From: Acidimicrobiia bacterium
GTDB taxonomy: Bacteria; Acidobacteriota; Vicinamibacteria; Vicinamibacterales; SCN-69-37
Assembly: GCA_045862915.1 (NCBI GenBank)
Contig: BTVE01000011.1
Coordinates: 15,182-79,181 of the forward strand
Direction: 5' to 3'
DNA length: 64,000 nucleotides
Position numbers and translations under genes: made by a program. The notes under the pieces were generated by a model that saw only the letters and a program-made list of their open reading frames with translations, was not told where the DNA came from and made no database searches. This document shows positions 1 through 9,859 of this stretch, in pieces (the stretch's first letter is position 1; each line of letters begins with the position of its first letter).

Positions 1-885
<885 letters not shown>

Positions 886-886
886 C

Positions 887-969
887 CAGTAGGGAATAGT
901 CAGAAGGAGATCGGGTTGGTTTCTTGGGGAATCCCAAAAGCCAATGCTCCTCCTGTCTATTGCCTACTG
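887..969. terminator. Long imperfect hairpin between the convergent serS and beta-propeller genes (likely bidirectional terminator)
   Basis: Arm 887-909 (CAGTAGGGAATAGTCAGAAGGAG) pairs 20/23 with arm 947-969 (CTCCTCCTGTCTATTGCCTACTG). Nested TTGG/CCAA and TTGGG/CCCAA stems lie inside. It starts 2 nt after the serS stop, is followed by TCTTCTCTCC, and is locally AT-richer than the flanks. Confidence 0.45.
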
Positions 970-992
970 TCTTCTCTCCTGACAGGTGATCA

Positions 993-2435
993 CTACTGCA
1001 CCCGGAGATCAAACGCGGCCATTTCGCGCAGGTTGCGCACGAGCAGGCGGCCGTTCGAGAACGCAGGGTGATTCCAGGTCTTGCCTTCGATTGCAGGGAA
1101 GTTCGCGAGCTCGATGTGGCGTGACGGGTCGGCCTTGACGAGCGCCAGCTCTCCGCTCTCGGTCAGCACGATGATGTGGCCACTCGCCAGTACGATCTGG
1201 CCGTGCCCATAACGGCCGCCCTTCCATTGCAGGGCGCCGGTATTGGCGTCCACACACGCGAGGATGTTTTCGTCCAGCCCGTAGATGTAGCCTTCGTGGT
1301 GCACCGAGCTGGTGAACTGGTTCTTCATCCGGTTGTTCTTCCAGATCTCCCTGACCGTGCCGCGCTCGCCGGCCATCGCGACCTCGATCACGACCGCGCC
1401 GTGGTCGTAGCCCGACGACATGAACACGCGGTTGCTGCCAAGTACGATCGGCTGTGCCGCATTCACGTCATACATCGTCTGCCACGGAAACTCCCAGAGG
1501 AGCGCGCCGTTGGTGGGATTCAGGCCCATGATGCGTGATGCGCTCACGGTGAGGATCTGGCGAACTCCGTCAATCGTCACGAGCATCGGCGACGAATAGG
1601 ACTGCTTGTCGTCGAGTGACGACCACAGTCGCGCGCCCGTACGGTGGTTGTAGGCGACGACGGATTTGCCGCCGCGGCCACCAGGCAACGTAACGACCGC
1701 ATCATCAACAATCAGGGGTGAGGCTGACATGCCCCATTCGATGTTTGAGGCGCCGGCATCCGAGAGGATGTTGGTGCGCCAGGCGGTCGTGCCGGTGGAC
1801 GCATCGATGGACCGCAGCTCGCCCGTCCCGCCGAGCGCATAGATCCGGCCGTCGTGGTAGGTCGGCGTGGCGCGCGGACCGTCGCCGCCCATGGACTCTC
1901 TGAATTCGGCGTTCCAGGTGTTGGTCCAGAGTTCGCGTCCATTCGAGACGTCGTACGCGGCCACGACCTCGGTGCGGCCGCGTTGTTCGATTGTGAATGC
2001 GGTATCGCGGTCACCAATCCGCGCAGTAACGAAGGAGGCGTAACCCCCGCCGACCGGTTGTTTCCAGAGCGGCGTGAGCTGTCCGTTGGGCCACTCCGTG
2101 CGAACTGGCAGTCCGATGTAATGGCCGTCCCAGCGCATGCCGCGGAAGAAGCCCCAGTCGGGGGCCATCGAGATTCCGACCGCCGCGGGCGCGCTGTCTG
2201 TCGACGCCGGACTCGGTGCATCAGCGGCCGGCGTGGGGTTTGGCTCGGGCACCGCTGCCTGTGCCGCGCGGTGTTGTGCGATCGCGTCGGCCTGGGCGTC
2301 GGCCGACTGCGCAAACTCGATGCTGGGGCGGCCGCCCCCAAGCAGTACCACCCGCATTCCGAAACCGTAGAGGATGGCGACCGAGACTCCAACAACAGCG
2401 GCGGCGATGCCGACCAGACGCAGCACTTTGGGCAT
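993..2435 (-). CDS. PQQ-like beta-propeller repeat protein (BamB/YfgL-like fold) with N-terminal membrane anchor and Ala/Pro-rich linker
   Basis: 480-aa ORF. N-terminal hydrophobic helix (LVGIAAAVVGVSVAILYGF), low-complexity AP-rich segment, then repeated W/G-rich blades (RELWTNTW, GTTAWRTN, ARLWSS, GALLWEFPW, GALQWKG) ending WNHPAFSNGRLLVRN. Confidence 0.7.
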   Translation of the reverse strand: MPKVLRLVGIAAAVVGVSVAILYGFGMRVVLLGGGRPSIEFAQSADAQADAIAQHRAAQAAVPEPNPTPAADAPSPASTDSAPAAVGISMAPDWGFFRGMRWDGHYIGLPVRTEWPNGQLTPLWKQPVGGGYASFVTARIGDRDTAFTIEQRGRTEVVAAYDVSNGRELWTNTWNAEFRESMGGDGPRATPTYHDGRIYALGGTGELRSIDASTGTTAWRTNILSDAGASNIEWGMSASPLIVDDAVVTLPGGRGGKSVVAYNHRTGARLWSSLDDKQSYSSPMLVTIDGVRQILTVSASRIMGLNPTNGALLWEFPWQTMYDVNAAQPIVLGSNRVFMSSGYDHGAVVIEVAMAGERGTVREIWKNNRMKNQFTSSVHHEGYIYGLDENILACVDANTGALQWKGGRYGHGQIVLASGHIIVLTESGELALVKADPSRHIELANFPAIEGKTWNHPAFSNGRLLVRNLREMAAFDLRVQ

Positions 2436-2462
2436 ACGTCAGGCTACACTGGAGAGGCCCGC

Positions 2463-2552
2463 GGAGGGATGGCCGAGTGGTTGAAGGCGGCGGTCTTGAA
2501 AACCGCTGTACGGGGAACCGTACCGGGGGTTCGAATCCCTCTCCCTCCGCCA
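2463..2552 (+). tRNA. tRNA-Ser (anticodon UGA), with encoded CCA
   Basis: GGAGGGA acceptor pairs with TCCCTCC. D-arm is GCCGAGTGGTTGAAGGC. Anticodon stem-loop is GCGGT-CTTGAAA-ACCGC. It has a long variable arm (TGTACGGGGAACCGTACC), T-loop GGTTCGAATCC, and discriminator G plus CCA. Confidence 0.93.
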
Positions 2553-2635
2553 ACCTTCGCCAGACGCTCGCCCGGCTCGCGGCTTCGGTTGGCTTCGCCA
2601 CCGCCCCACCTCCACGCCCCCATGGTGAACGTCAG

Positions 2636-4639
2636 CTAACCCGCGCCGATCAACCGGCTCACCATCCATCCGATGGATTCGCGGACGAGCGTGGCATCAA
2701 ACGCGCCCCAGAACACGTAGCCCGCCGTCGCGGCTGCGAACACGAGAACGGCTGAACGCATTTGAGCCGAGAGGTCGCCCCATTGGCCAATCGCACTCAG
2801 GCCCAACAGCAGGAAGAGCTCATACGTGCCGCGCTGGCCGTTGCCGACGTGCTCCCAGATCTTGTTGTACGTCAGCGAAATCGAAAGCACGCCGTACGTC
2901 AGCGCCGACACGGAAAACACATCGGCTCGACGCCGAACCAGCAGCACCGCAAGCACTACTCCGGCAATCAGCAATAGCGGATACCAGACGCCGGCGACCA
3001 TGAAGGCCGGGTTCCCCGAGTAGTAGGTGCCGTTCGCGACCTGCACCCAGAGATCAACAATGCCAGCCAACGGAACTCCGAAGTCGCCGGTGCTGTGCCA
3101 GAAGGCCTCCGCACCCATCGCCGGAGCCAGCCGCCAGCCGACATAGATACGCCACAAAAAAACGGGCACCAGTGCCATACACGCCATTGACCCTGCGCGA
3201 CGCCAGTGCCCACTGAGCGCCACAGCAATCAGACAGGCGGCCACAACGATCGCACCCGTCTCACGCATCAGCAGCGACGCAGCAAAACATGCCGCCGCGA
3301 CGAGCCAGCGCTCCCGTAGAAACAACACACAACCAGCAACAAGAAAGGCCGCGGCCAGTGGTTCCGGCAAGGCAACCTGCACGGACTGCCAGAAGCCAGG
3401 GATGAGCACGACTAATCCGCCAAGCGCGAGGTCCCTCCCAACAGTTCTGGCGTACCAGCCCACTCCGGCCATCGTCGCGACGATACCCAACATCACCAGC
3501 GTCATCATGACGATGGGAAAGCGCGCAGCATCACCACCACTCATCATCGTCGTCAGCCAGCTGTGGCCGATTCGTCCGTACCGATAGGACGGCGCATCAA
3601 TGAACTGTTGATGGACCTCCGGCGTCGCCTCGAACGTCGTGAGCAGCGGGTCAAACGCCATGAAGTAGGCAAACTGCCCATCGTAGCCCGTGTCATTCGT
3701 CACGACGAGTCCGCCCGACACAGTGGGGTTGGACCGGAGCACCGGATGCCGCTCGACGTTGGCGGCAGCCAACCGCAAAAAGCCAGAGGGGTTTCGATCG
3801 AAGTGGTCGACGAGCACATGTCCCACCAGCGCGCCGTATGTCATGGCCACACACGCGAGCGCCACAGCGACGCGCCATGCGACTTGCCAACCGTGTGATC
3901 GCTCGGATACGTGTCTCAGGACCGGTGGAATGATCCGCGGCCACGTCAGGATGAACGCCGCCAGCACAAACCAGTCGACCGAGATCAGCACACGATAGGG
4001 AGTTACCCAGGGCGCAATCATCACCGCCGTCGCGCCCGCGGCAATCACCGACACCGATCCGACATACGCCGTGCGAGCCCAGGCTGGCAGGGGTGCGAAA
4101 GGCAGCAGGCCGGCGATCGCGAGGAGCCCAAACACCAGACCGGTCGATAGTGGCCCCGGAGCCACGAACCGTTCCGACGCCTCAGGGAAGACAACGAGAT
4201 CGTGTCCACGGGTTGATCCGTGATGGGTGGCGATCTCGAACGTCTCCAGCGCCCAGTCCGATGTTTCGCCGGTTACCACGATGGTTTGACGTGTGGGAAG
4301 TGAGCCGACGTCTGGCCTCCAGACACAGTCCAGTCGGTGTGTGCCGTGCGGCACAGTCCTCACACACACGACCTCGTCGTTGATCGAGACCGTGACACGG
4401 TTGTCGCGAGGCGCAGAGCTGGTGACTCTGGTGATGACCGCCCAGACACCTTGGGCGAACGAACGCTCGACTGAGAGGTCGACGCGACCGGCAACGGCTA
4501 CAAGGGCTGGACCCTTGTGGATCTTGAACCGCAGCGGCTCGAAGCCGGCGTACACCCGCGTCATCAAAAGGACGCTGCCGGCAATCGCAACCGCTAACGC
4601 ACCGACGACGTGAAGGATGCGGGTGGTGCGATGTTCCAT
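2636..4639 (-). CDS. Large polytopic membrane protein, possibly a GT-C-like glycopolymer or glycosylation enzyme (function unassigned)
   Basis: 667-aa ORF. One N-terminal TM helix is followed by a ~150-aa non-membrane domain and then >10 hydrophobic helices. It shares the motif GYDGQF..F.A.DPLL...D.PSYRYGRIGHSW with the 385-aa protein at 9860-11017. Confidence 0.6.
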   Translation of the reverse strand: MEHRTTRILHVVGALAVAIAGSVLLMTRVYAGFEPLRFKIHKGPALVAVAGRVDLSVERSFAQGVWAVITRVTSSAPRDNRVTVSINDEVVCVRTVPHGTHRLDCVWRPDVGSLPTRQTIVVTGETSDWALETFEIATHHGSTRGHDLVVFPEASERFVAPGPLSTGLVFGLLAIAGLLPFAPLPAWARTAYVGSVSVIAAGATAVMIAPWVTPYRVLISVDWFVLAAFILTWPRIIPPVLRHVSERSHGWQVAWRVAVALACVAMTYGALVGHVLVDHFDRNPSGFLRLAAANVERHPVLRSNPTVSGGLVVTNDTGYDGQFAYFMAFDPLLTTFEATPEVHQQFIDAPSYRYGRIGHSWLTTMMSGGDAARFPIVMMTLVMLGIVATMAGVGWYARTVGRDLALGGLVVLIPGFWQSVQVALPEPLAAAFLVAGCVLFLRERWLVAAACFAASLLMRETGAIVVAACLIAVALSGHWRRAGSMACMALVPVFLWRIYVGWRLAPAMGAEAFWHSTGDFGVPLAGIVDLWVQVANGTYYSGNPAFMVAGVWYPLLLIAGVVLAVLLVRRRADVFSVSALTYGVLSISLTYNKIWEHVGNGQRGTYELFLLLGLSAIGQWGDLSAQMRSAVLVFAAATAGYVFWGAFDATLVRESIGWMVSRLIGAG

Positions 4640-4691
4640 TGGTGCTGCATCCCTCGAACGGGCATACGTTCGAGGCTACCATGTAGCACCA
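4640..4691. promoter_or_regulatory. Strong nested hairpin between the nrfA stop and the start of the downstream membrane-protein gene
   Basis: A perfect 9-bp stem CCTCGAACG (4652-4660) / CGTTCGAGG (4667-4675) sits inside an outer stem TGGTGCTGCAT (4640-4650) / ATGTAGCACCA (4681-4691, 1 mismatch). On the minus strand the GAGGG Shine-Dalgarno-like element of the 4639 start is part of the stem. Confidence 0.4.
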
Positions 4692-4708
4692 TGTTTTGGC
4701 CTGGCAAC

Positions 4709-6079
4709 TCAGCGGCTGGATGACAGTGGCGTCAGTAGCGCGCGCTGCCCTCGCCGTGTGTGATCGATCGACAAGCCCAGGATCCGCATGGCTTCCTGTG
4801 GCGCATGGAAACCCATCGAGTTCTCCGCTTCAATGAAGTCCAGCAGGAACTGTGCGCGCCGCTGTGACGCCTGAGCCGCGGTGACCGCTGATGCGGACGT
4901 GCCATTGGACCGCGCCAGTTTCAAGTCGCCGATCAGCTCCACGAGCGCGTCCATTGCGACGTTCCGCATCTGGAAGGTGCGGTCCTGAATCGTGTACACA
5001 CGCTGCCGCAGCTCTTCTTCCGGCCAGTTATGGCAAACCTGACAGGAGTTGTTGATGTTGAGCAGCGGGCTGCGCACGTGGTGGTCTGACACTTTCGCCG
5101 CACCCTGCTTCACGTAGGGCATGTGGCAGTCCGCGCAGGTGACGCCGGACTTGGCATGAATCCCCTGGTTCCACATCTCGAACTCGGGATGTTGCGCCTT
5201 GAGCGCAGGCGTGCCTGTGTCGGCGTGCGTCCAGTCCTTGAAACCGTTCTCTTCGTAATAGGCGAGGATCTCGTCCGCCTTGAGCCCTTTCGTCCACGGG
5301 TAGGTCAGGCGCTTCTCGCTGCCCTTGAAGTAGTACTCGACGTGGCACTGCCCACAGACAAACGACCGCATCTCCTGGTGGCTGGCCTGCGTGTTGACGT
5401 CATAATCCGCGACACCCTGTGCCGCCTTGTATGCCCGGATGCCCTCGATGAATCCAGGTCTGGTCACCCGCAGCTGCATCGACGTCGGGTCGTGGCAATC
5501 GATACACGTCACCGGGTGTGTCACCAGCGGCCGCGCCTCCCGGTACGGCATCTGATTCATCGCCTCAAAGCCCTTGGCCAGATCCCCGCCCCCGAGCTTC
5601 TTGTAGGGCAGATACACCGACGCGTGGCAATGCATACACGTGCCCGGCTGCGTGACGACGTTCTGGCGTTCGGTGAAGGTCTGGTCTTCGAGCATGTACG
5701 CGTGACCGCGCTCTTCGCGGAAGTCCACGGCAAATGCATACCCGTTCCACATCGTCTTCAGCCGCGGATCCTCTTCAAGCCTGGACTGCGCGACGATGGA
5801 GCGCGGGTCGGCGTTGGTGGGTGTCCGAGGCGTCGCTTCGCTGCCACCGTAACGCGTGCGCACCTGATCAACCGTGCGCTTGTAGCCGTCGTACTGGAAG
5901 GGGAAGTTTTTGCCCCAGACGGCCGGATCATCGATCTCGTCGTTCAGTTCGACGACCTGCACAAACGGCGCGCGCGCTTCCTGCTTGCGCTCGACGATGT
6001 TCACCAGCAGGGCAGTGACCGAGGCGGCCGCCACGGCCGCGCCGAGCGCAGTGACAACAATCAGGCGTGAGGGCTTCAT
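4709..6079 (-). CDS. nrfA: Pentahaem cytochrome c nitrite reductase (ammonia-forming), NrfA
   Basis: Five haem c motifs: CMHCH, CIDCH, CGQCH, CADCH, CQVCH. N-terminal signal/anchor is MKPSRLIVVTALGAAVAAASV. I prefer the start at 6079 because it makes an ATGA overlap with the nrfH stop. An upstream ATG at 6106 is also open. Confidence 0.88.
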   Translation of the reverse strand: MKPSRLIVVTALGAAVAAASVTALLVNIVERKQEARAPFVQVVELNDEIDDPAVWGKNFPFQYDGYKRTVDQVRTRYGGSEATPRTPTNADPRSIVAQSRLEEDPRLKTMWNGYAFAVDFREERGHAYMLEDQTFTERQNVVTQPGTCMHCHASVYLPYKKLGGGDLAKGFEAMNQMPYREARPLVTHPVTCIDCHDPTSMQLRVTRPGFIEGIRAYKAAQGVADYDVNTQASHQEMRSFVCGQCHVEYYFKGSEKRLTYPWTKGLKADEILAYYEENGFKDWTHADTGTPALKAQHPEFEMWNQGIHAKSGVTCADCHMPYVKQGAAKVSDHHVRSPLLNINNSCQVCHNWPEEELRQRVYTIQDRTFQMRNVAMDALVELIGDLKLARSNGTSASAVTAAQASQRRAQFLLDFIEAENSMGFHAPQEAMRILGLSIDHTRRGQRALLTPLSSSR

Positions 6080-6513
6080 TGCGGATGTCCTATCTTTCCG
6101 TGGCACTTCACACAGCCGGTTGCCGCCGGATGTCCAGGAGCCATCGTCCTGGTCAGCGGTTCATGGCATTTGAGGCAGGCTTGCTCGGCAACGGTGCGAT
6201 TGCCCGGCGTGATCTGGATGTTGTCCGGGAAGTTGCCGGTCGTGAAGTAATACGAGTGCCAGAATCCGTTGTTGGCCTTGACCAGGTACTTCGGGATCGT
6301 GCCTTTTGGCGTGTGGCAGTCGTTGCAGACGGCGACCGAGCGATGGCTCGAGCGTTGCCACTTCACGTAGTAGTCCTGCATCACGTGGCAGTTCGCACAC
6401 GCAGCCGGATCATTCGTGAGGTAGGACGCGCCTCTGGCGTAGATGAACGTGTAGCCACCTACGCCGGCGAGCAGGCCGGTCAGAATTCCAATCGCAACGA
6501 CCCAGCGACTCAT
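6076..6513 (-). CDS. nrfH: Tetrahaem NapC/NirT-family quinol dehydrogenase, NrfH
   Basis: 145 aa with an N-terminal TM helix (VVAIGILTGLLAGVGGYTFIY) and four CXXCH motifs (CANCH, CNDCH, CLKCH, CVKCH). It lies immediately upstream of and overlapping nrfA. Confidence 0.88.
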   Translation of the reverse strand: MSRWVVAIGILTGLLAGVGGYTFIYARGASYLTNDPAACANCHVMQDYYVKWQRSSHRSVAVCNDCHTPKGTIPKYLVKANNGFWHSYYFTTGNFPDNIQITPGNRTVAEQACLKCHEPLTRTMAPGHPAATGCVKCHGKIGHPQ

Positions 6514-6531
6514 GTGACTTCCGGCGAAGTC

Positions 6532-9500
6532 CTAGTATGCACCACCTCCGCCTTTGCGCTGCCCCCAGTTCGGCGGAGGCGGTTCTTTCGACAGGCGATC
6601 CACCGGCTTGGCTGCGAGGAGCTTCAGGGCTTCTTCAACCGCGCGCTCGAGTTGGGGATCCCGGCCGGCAATGACGTCCTTCGGGAAGTTCTCCACCTCG
6701 ATGTCCGGCGCGACGCCTTCGTTCTCAACCGCCCACTTGCCGTCACGCGTGAAGAAGCCGCCGCGGGGCGCGATCATCGAACCGCCATCGATAAAACCAG
6801 GCGTGTCCGCCGTATGCACGAGGCCGCCCCAGGTCGTCGTGCCCACGAGTGGACCCAGGCCGCGACGCCGGAACATGTAGGGCATCAGGTCACCACCTGA
6901 GCCGGCCATCTCGTTGATGATCATGACCTTCGGGCCCCAGATGCCGGCAGACGGACTCGTGAAGGGATACCGATCGCCCGCGACATTGTTGAAGTACCCG
7001 TCGAAGTCGCGCTGCAGGACGTCGATGATGTAGTCGGCTGCAGAGCCGCCCCCATTGAAGCGTTCGTCAACAACCACACCGAGTTTGTCCTGCTGTGAGA
7101 AGTAGTAGCGATTAAAACTCTCATAGCCGCCCTGTCCGGTATTGGGCAGATAGACATACGCGAGTTTGCCCCCGGACATCTGATCAACCTTCCGGCGGTT
7201 TTCTTCGATGAAAGCGCGCGAGCGCAAGCCTTGCTCGCTGGCCACGGGCATCACCGTGATCTGCCGGGCGCCATCCATCGTGGGCTGGCTGTTCACGGTC
7301 AGCACTGTCTGGCGGCTCGCTGTGCCATCAAGGAGTCGATGGATGTTGTCCGGCGCGACCAGCGGCGCGCCATTGATCGCCAGGATGTAGTCACCCACTG
7401 AGACCGTCAGGCCCGGCGTTGCCAGCGGTGCCCGCAACTCCGGATTCCAGTTCTCCGCATCGTAGATGCGGCTGATCCGATAGCGGTTGTTCTCCACCGA
7501 GAAGTCCGCGCCGAGCAACCCACCGGACCGACCACCGTTGTTGTTCTCCGGCATGTCGCCGCCGCGTACGTAGGAGTGGCCAACCGCGAGTTCTGCGCCC
7601 ATGTTGTCGAGCAGGAAGTTGAGGTCGGCGCGATGATTCACGTGCGGCAGGAGCTGCCCGTACATCTCCTCCATCTGCGTCCACATCGAGCCGTGGGAGT
7701 TCTGCACGTAGAGGTAGTCGCGCTGCAGTCGCCACCCTTCGCGGAAGATCTGTTTGAACTCCTCCTTCGGATCCAGATACATCGTCAGTTCAACGTCAAG
7801 CCGGCCGGTGCCGGCCTGGGGCGGGTTGCGGTCGGCGTCAACGATGAACAGCGCCGGCGCGGCGGCAGCACCGCCGCCGCGTCCACCACCGCCACCGCCG
7901 CCCGCGCGGTAGAGCATCTTGTGGCCGTCAGCCGACACCACGTAGGTGTTCACACCGGTCAGGAACTGCTGGGCGCGCCGCTCGGACAGACGGTACCGCT
8001 GCAGTATGTTTCCGTCGAGGTAGTACACCGTGCCGGCCACACCCGCGCGCAGTTGTGAGTACGCGCGCTCGGGCACGCCCGGCACCGCGACGATGCGCCG
8101 CTGGAGACCCTCAGCGTCGACCTGGACGGTGACGGTCGCCGGACGGTTTGAGGAACGGCCTTCGCCCGCGGCGCCAGCAGCCGCCGGCGCACCTTCTTCG
8201 TCGCTCTCCGGCACCAGTGGTGTCGGTTCGTTCGCGCTCAGAATGGCGAAGTACAACCCAAACGACACCGGCCGGTCGTAGGACGTCATGTCCAGCCACT
8301 GCGACGCGAGGCCGAAGTCTCTGGAAGCAAAAAACCACAGGTATTTGCCGCCGGCGTCCCATGCCGGCCACACCGCGTCAGCCATCGTGTCAGTCACCTG
8401 ATGGGTGGCGCCCGTCTCAACGTTGCTGATAAAAATCGCGTGATACATCGAACGGAGTCGGCTCGAGTACGCCACCCACTTCGAATCTGGACTCCACACT
8501 GGGTTCAGTGTCCGCTCCGGCACCATCCACGGGTCGTTGCCGACGACCTTTGCCGTGCCGGACTCGATGTCCATTACCCAGACCTTGAGGTCGGTGTCGG
8601 TGTAGAGCAGCTTCTTCGAGTCGGGTGACCAGGACGGCGTGTAGTAGAACCTGGGATTCTGCAGTTCGATCTCGCGTGCAGGCGTGAGTCCATCTTGCGA
8701 CGCGATGACCAGCCGGTACTCGCCTGACTTGTCGCTGAAGTACGACACGAACTTGCCATCGGGCGACCACGCCGGCGATCGCTCCGCCGATCCGGTCGAC
8801 ATCGTGAGATTGCGCGTGTCTCCCTTGTCGGCTGGGATCGTGAAGATCTCCCCGCGCGCCTCAATCAAGGCACGTTTACCTGTCGGAGAAATCGCCATGT
8901 TGGTGATGCGCGCGTTGACGTTATCCCAGCGCGGCATCATCCACGGGAAGTCGCCGGTCGCGACGATGTCGATCGTCCGAGAACGCCCGGTGGACGCGTC
9001 AAGCTGATGGATGCGGCCCGCCTGTTCGAACACGATGGCGTCACCGCCTGCGTCGATGGCCTTGACATCGAAGTCGGTGAATCGCGTGACTTGACGGAGC
9101 TGGCGGTTGCCGGTGTCAAAAGCCCACACATTGCTGACGCCGTCGCGATCGGAGAGAAAGTACACCGAGCGGCCGACCCAGACAGGATCGGTGTCCTTCG
9201 AGTTGGTGAACGGGGGCGTGATCAGGTCGTAGGTCTTCAGGTCGACGATCCAGATGGGTTTGTTCTGGCCACCGCGGTAGTTCCGCCGTTCCTCGTCCCA
9301 CGAGTTGTTCAGCCGATACGCGATCTTCTGCCCATCCGCTGAGATCTTGCCCATGTAGGCGCGAGGCAGCGCCATCTGCTGCTCCACCCCGCCGCCGGCC
9401 GGCACAGTCCAGAAGCGCGGGGATCCACTTGGCGCCCACGTGGCCCGTGTGGACGCGAACAGAATCGACCGACCATCAGGCGTCCAGCCCTGCACGGTAT

Positions 9501-9840
9501 CCGCCCCGGGATGCCACGTCAGCCGTGTCGGCTCGCCGCCTTCGGCCGGGACGCTGTAGACATCGCTGTTGCCGCCGTACGAGGCGGTGAACGCGATCGT
9601 GCGTCCGTCGGGTGAGAACTTCGGATTTGATGCGCCGCCGGCAAAACTCGTAACCCGGCGCGCCATGCCGCCCTCGCGATCCACAACCCAGATGTTGTTG
9701 GCGTATGCAAAGGCAATCTGGGTGGTGCTGACGGTCGGCGTGCGAAGCAGGCGTGTGGGTGCCGGCGCAGTGGCGACAGGCAACGTCGAAACGGCAAGCC
9801 CCGCTCCGAACACGGCAGCAATGAACAGTCGGCGAATCAT
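6532..9840 (-). CDS. Tricorn-protease-like S41 peptidase (beta-propellers + PDZ + C-terminal peptidase)
   Basis: 1102 aa with a signal peptide. Repeated TolB-like blades are present (FSPDGRTIAF, WSPDGKFVSY, WSPDSKKLLY, WSPDSKWVAY). A PDZ-like segment (GDYILAINGAPL) and an S41 core (VMIINEMAGSGGDLMPYMF) follow. Confidence 0.85.
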   Translation of the reverse strand: MIRRLFIAAVFGAGLAVSTLPVATAPAPTRLLRTPTVSTTQIAFAYANNIWVVDREGGMARRVTSFAGGASNPKFSPDGRTIAFTASYGGNSDVYSVPAEGGEPTRLTWHPGADTVQGWTPDGRSILFASTRATWAPSGSPRFWTVPAGGGVEQQMALPRAYMGKISADGQKIAYRLNNSWDEERRNYRGGQNKPIWIVDLKTYDLITPPFTNSKDTDPVWVGRSVYFLSDRDGVSNVWAFDTGNRQLRQVTRFTDFDVKAIDAGGDAIVFEQAGRIHQLDASTGRSRTIDIVATGDFPWMMPRWDNVNARITNMAISPTGKRALIEARGEIFTIPADKGDTRNLTMSTGSAERSPAWSPDGKFVSYFSDKSGEYRLVIASQDGLTPAREIELQNPRFYYTPSWSPDSKKLLYTDTDLKVWVMDIESGTAKVVGNDPWMVPERTLNPVWSPDSKWVAYSSRLRSMYHAIFISNVETGATHQVTDTMADAVWPAWDAGGKYLWFFASRDFGLASQWLDMTSYDRPVSFGLYFAILSANEPTPLVPESDEEGAPAAAGAAGEGRSSNRPATVTVQVDAEGLQRRIVAVPGVPERAYSQLRAGVAGTVYYLDGNILQRYRLSERRAQQFLTGVNTYVVSADGHKMLYRAGGGGGGGRGGGAAAAPALFIVDADRNPPQAGTGRLDVELTMYLDPKEEFKQIFREGWRLQRDYLYVQNSHGSMWTQMEEMYGQLLPHVNHRADLNFLLDNMGAELAVGHSYVRGGDMPENNNGGRSGGLLGADFSVENNRYRISRIYDAENWNPELRAPLATPGLTVSVGDYILAINGAPLVAPDNIHRLLDGTASRQTVLTVNSQPTMDGARQITVMPVASEQGLRSRAFIEENRRKVDQMSGGKLAYVYLPNTGQGGYESFNRYYFSQQDKLGVVVDERFNGGGSAADYIIDVLQRDFDGYFNNVAGDRYPFTSPSAGIWGPKVMIINEMAGSGGDLMPYMFRRRGLGPLVGTTTWGGLVHTADTPGFIDGGSMIAPRGGFFTRDGKWAVENEGVAPDIEVENFPKDVIAGRDPQLERAVEEALKLLAAKPVDRLSKEPPPPNWGQRKGGGGAY

Positions 9841-9859
9841 GGGCCCCTCCAGGGTGGCC

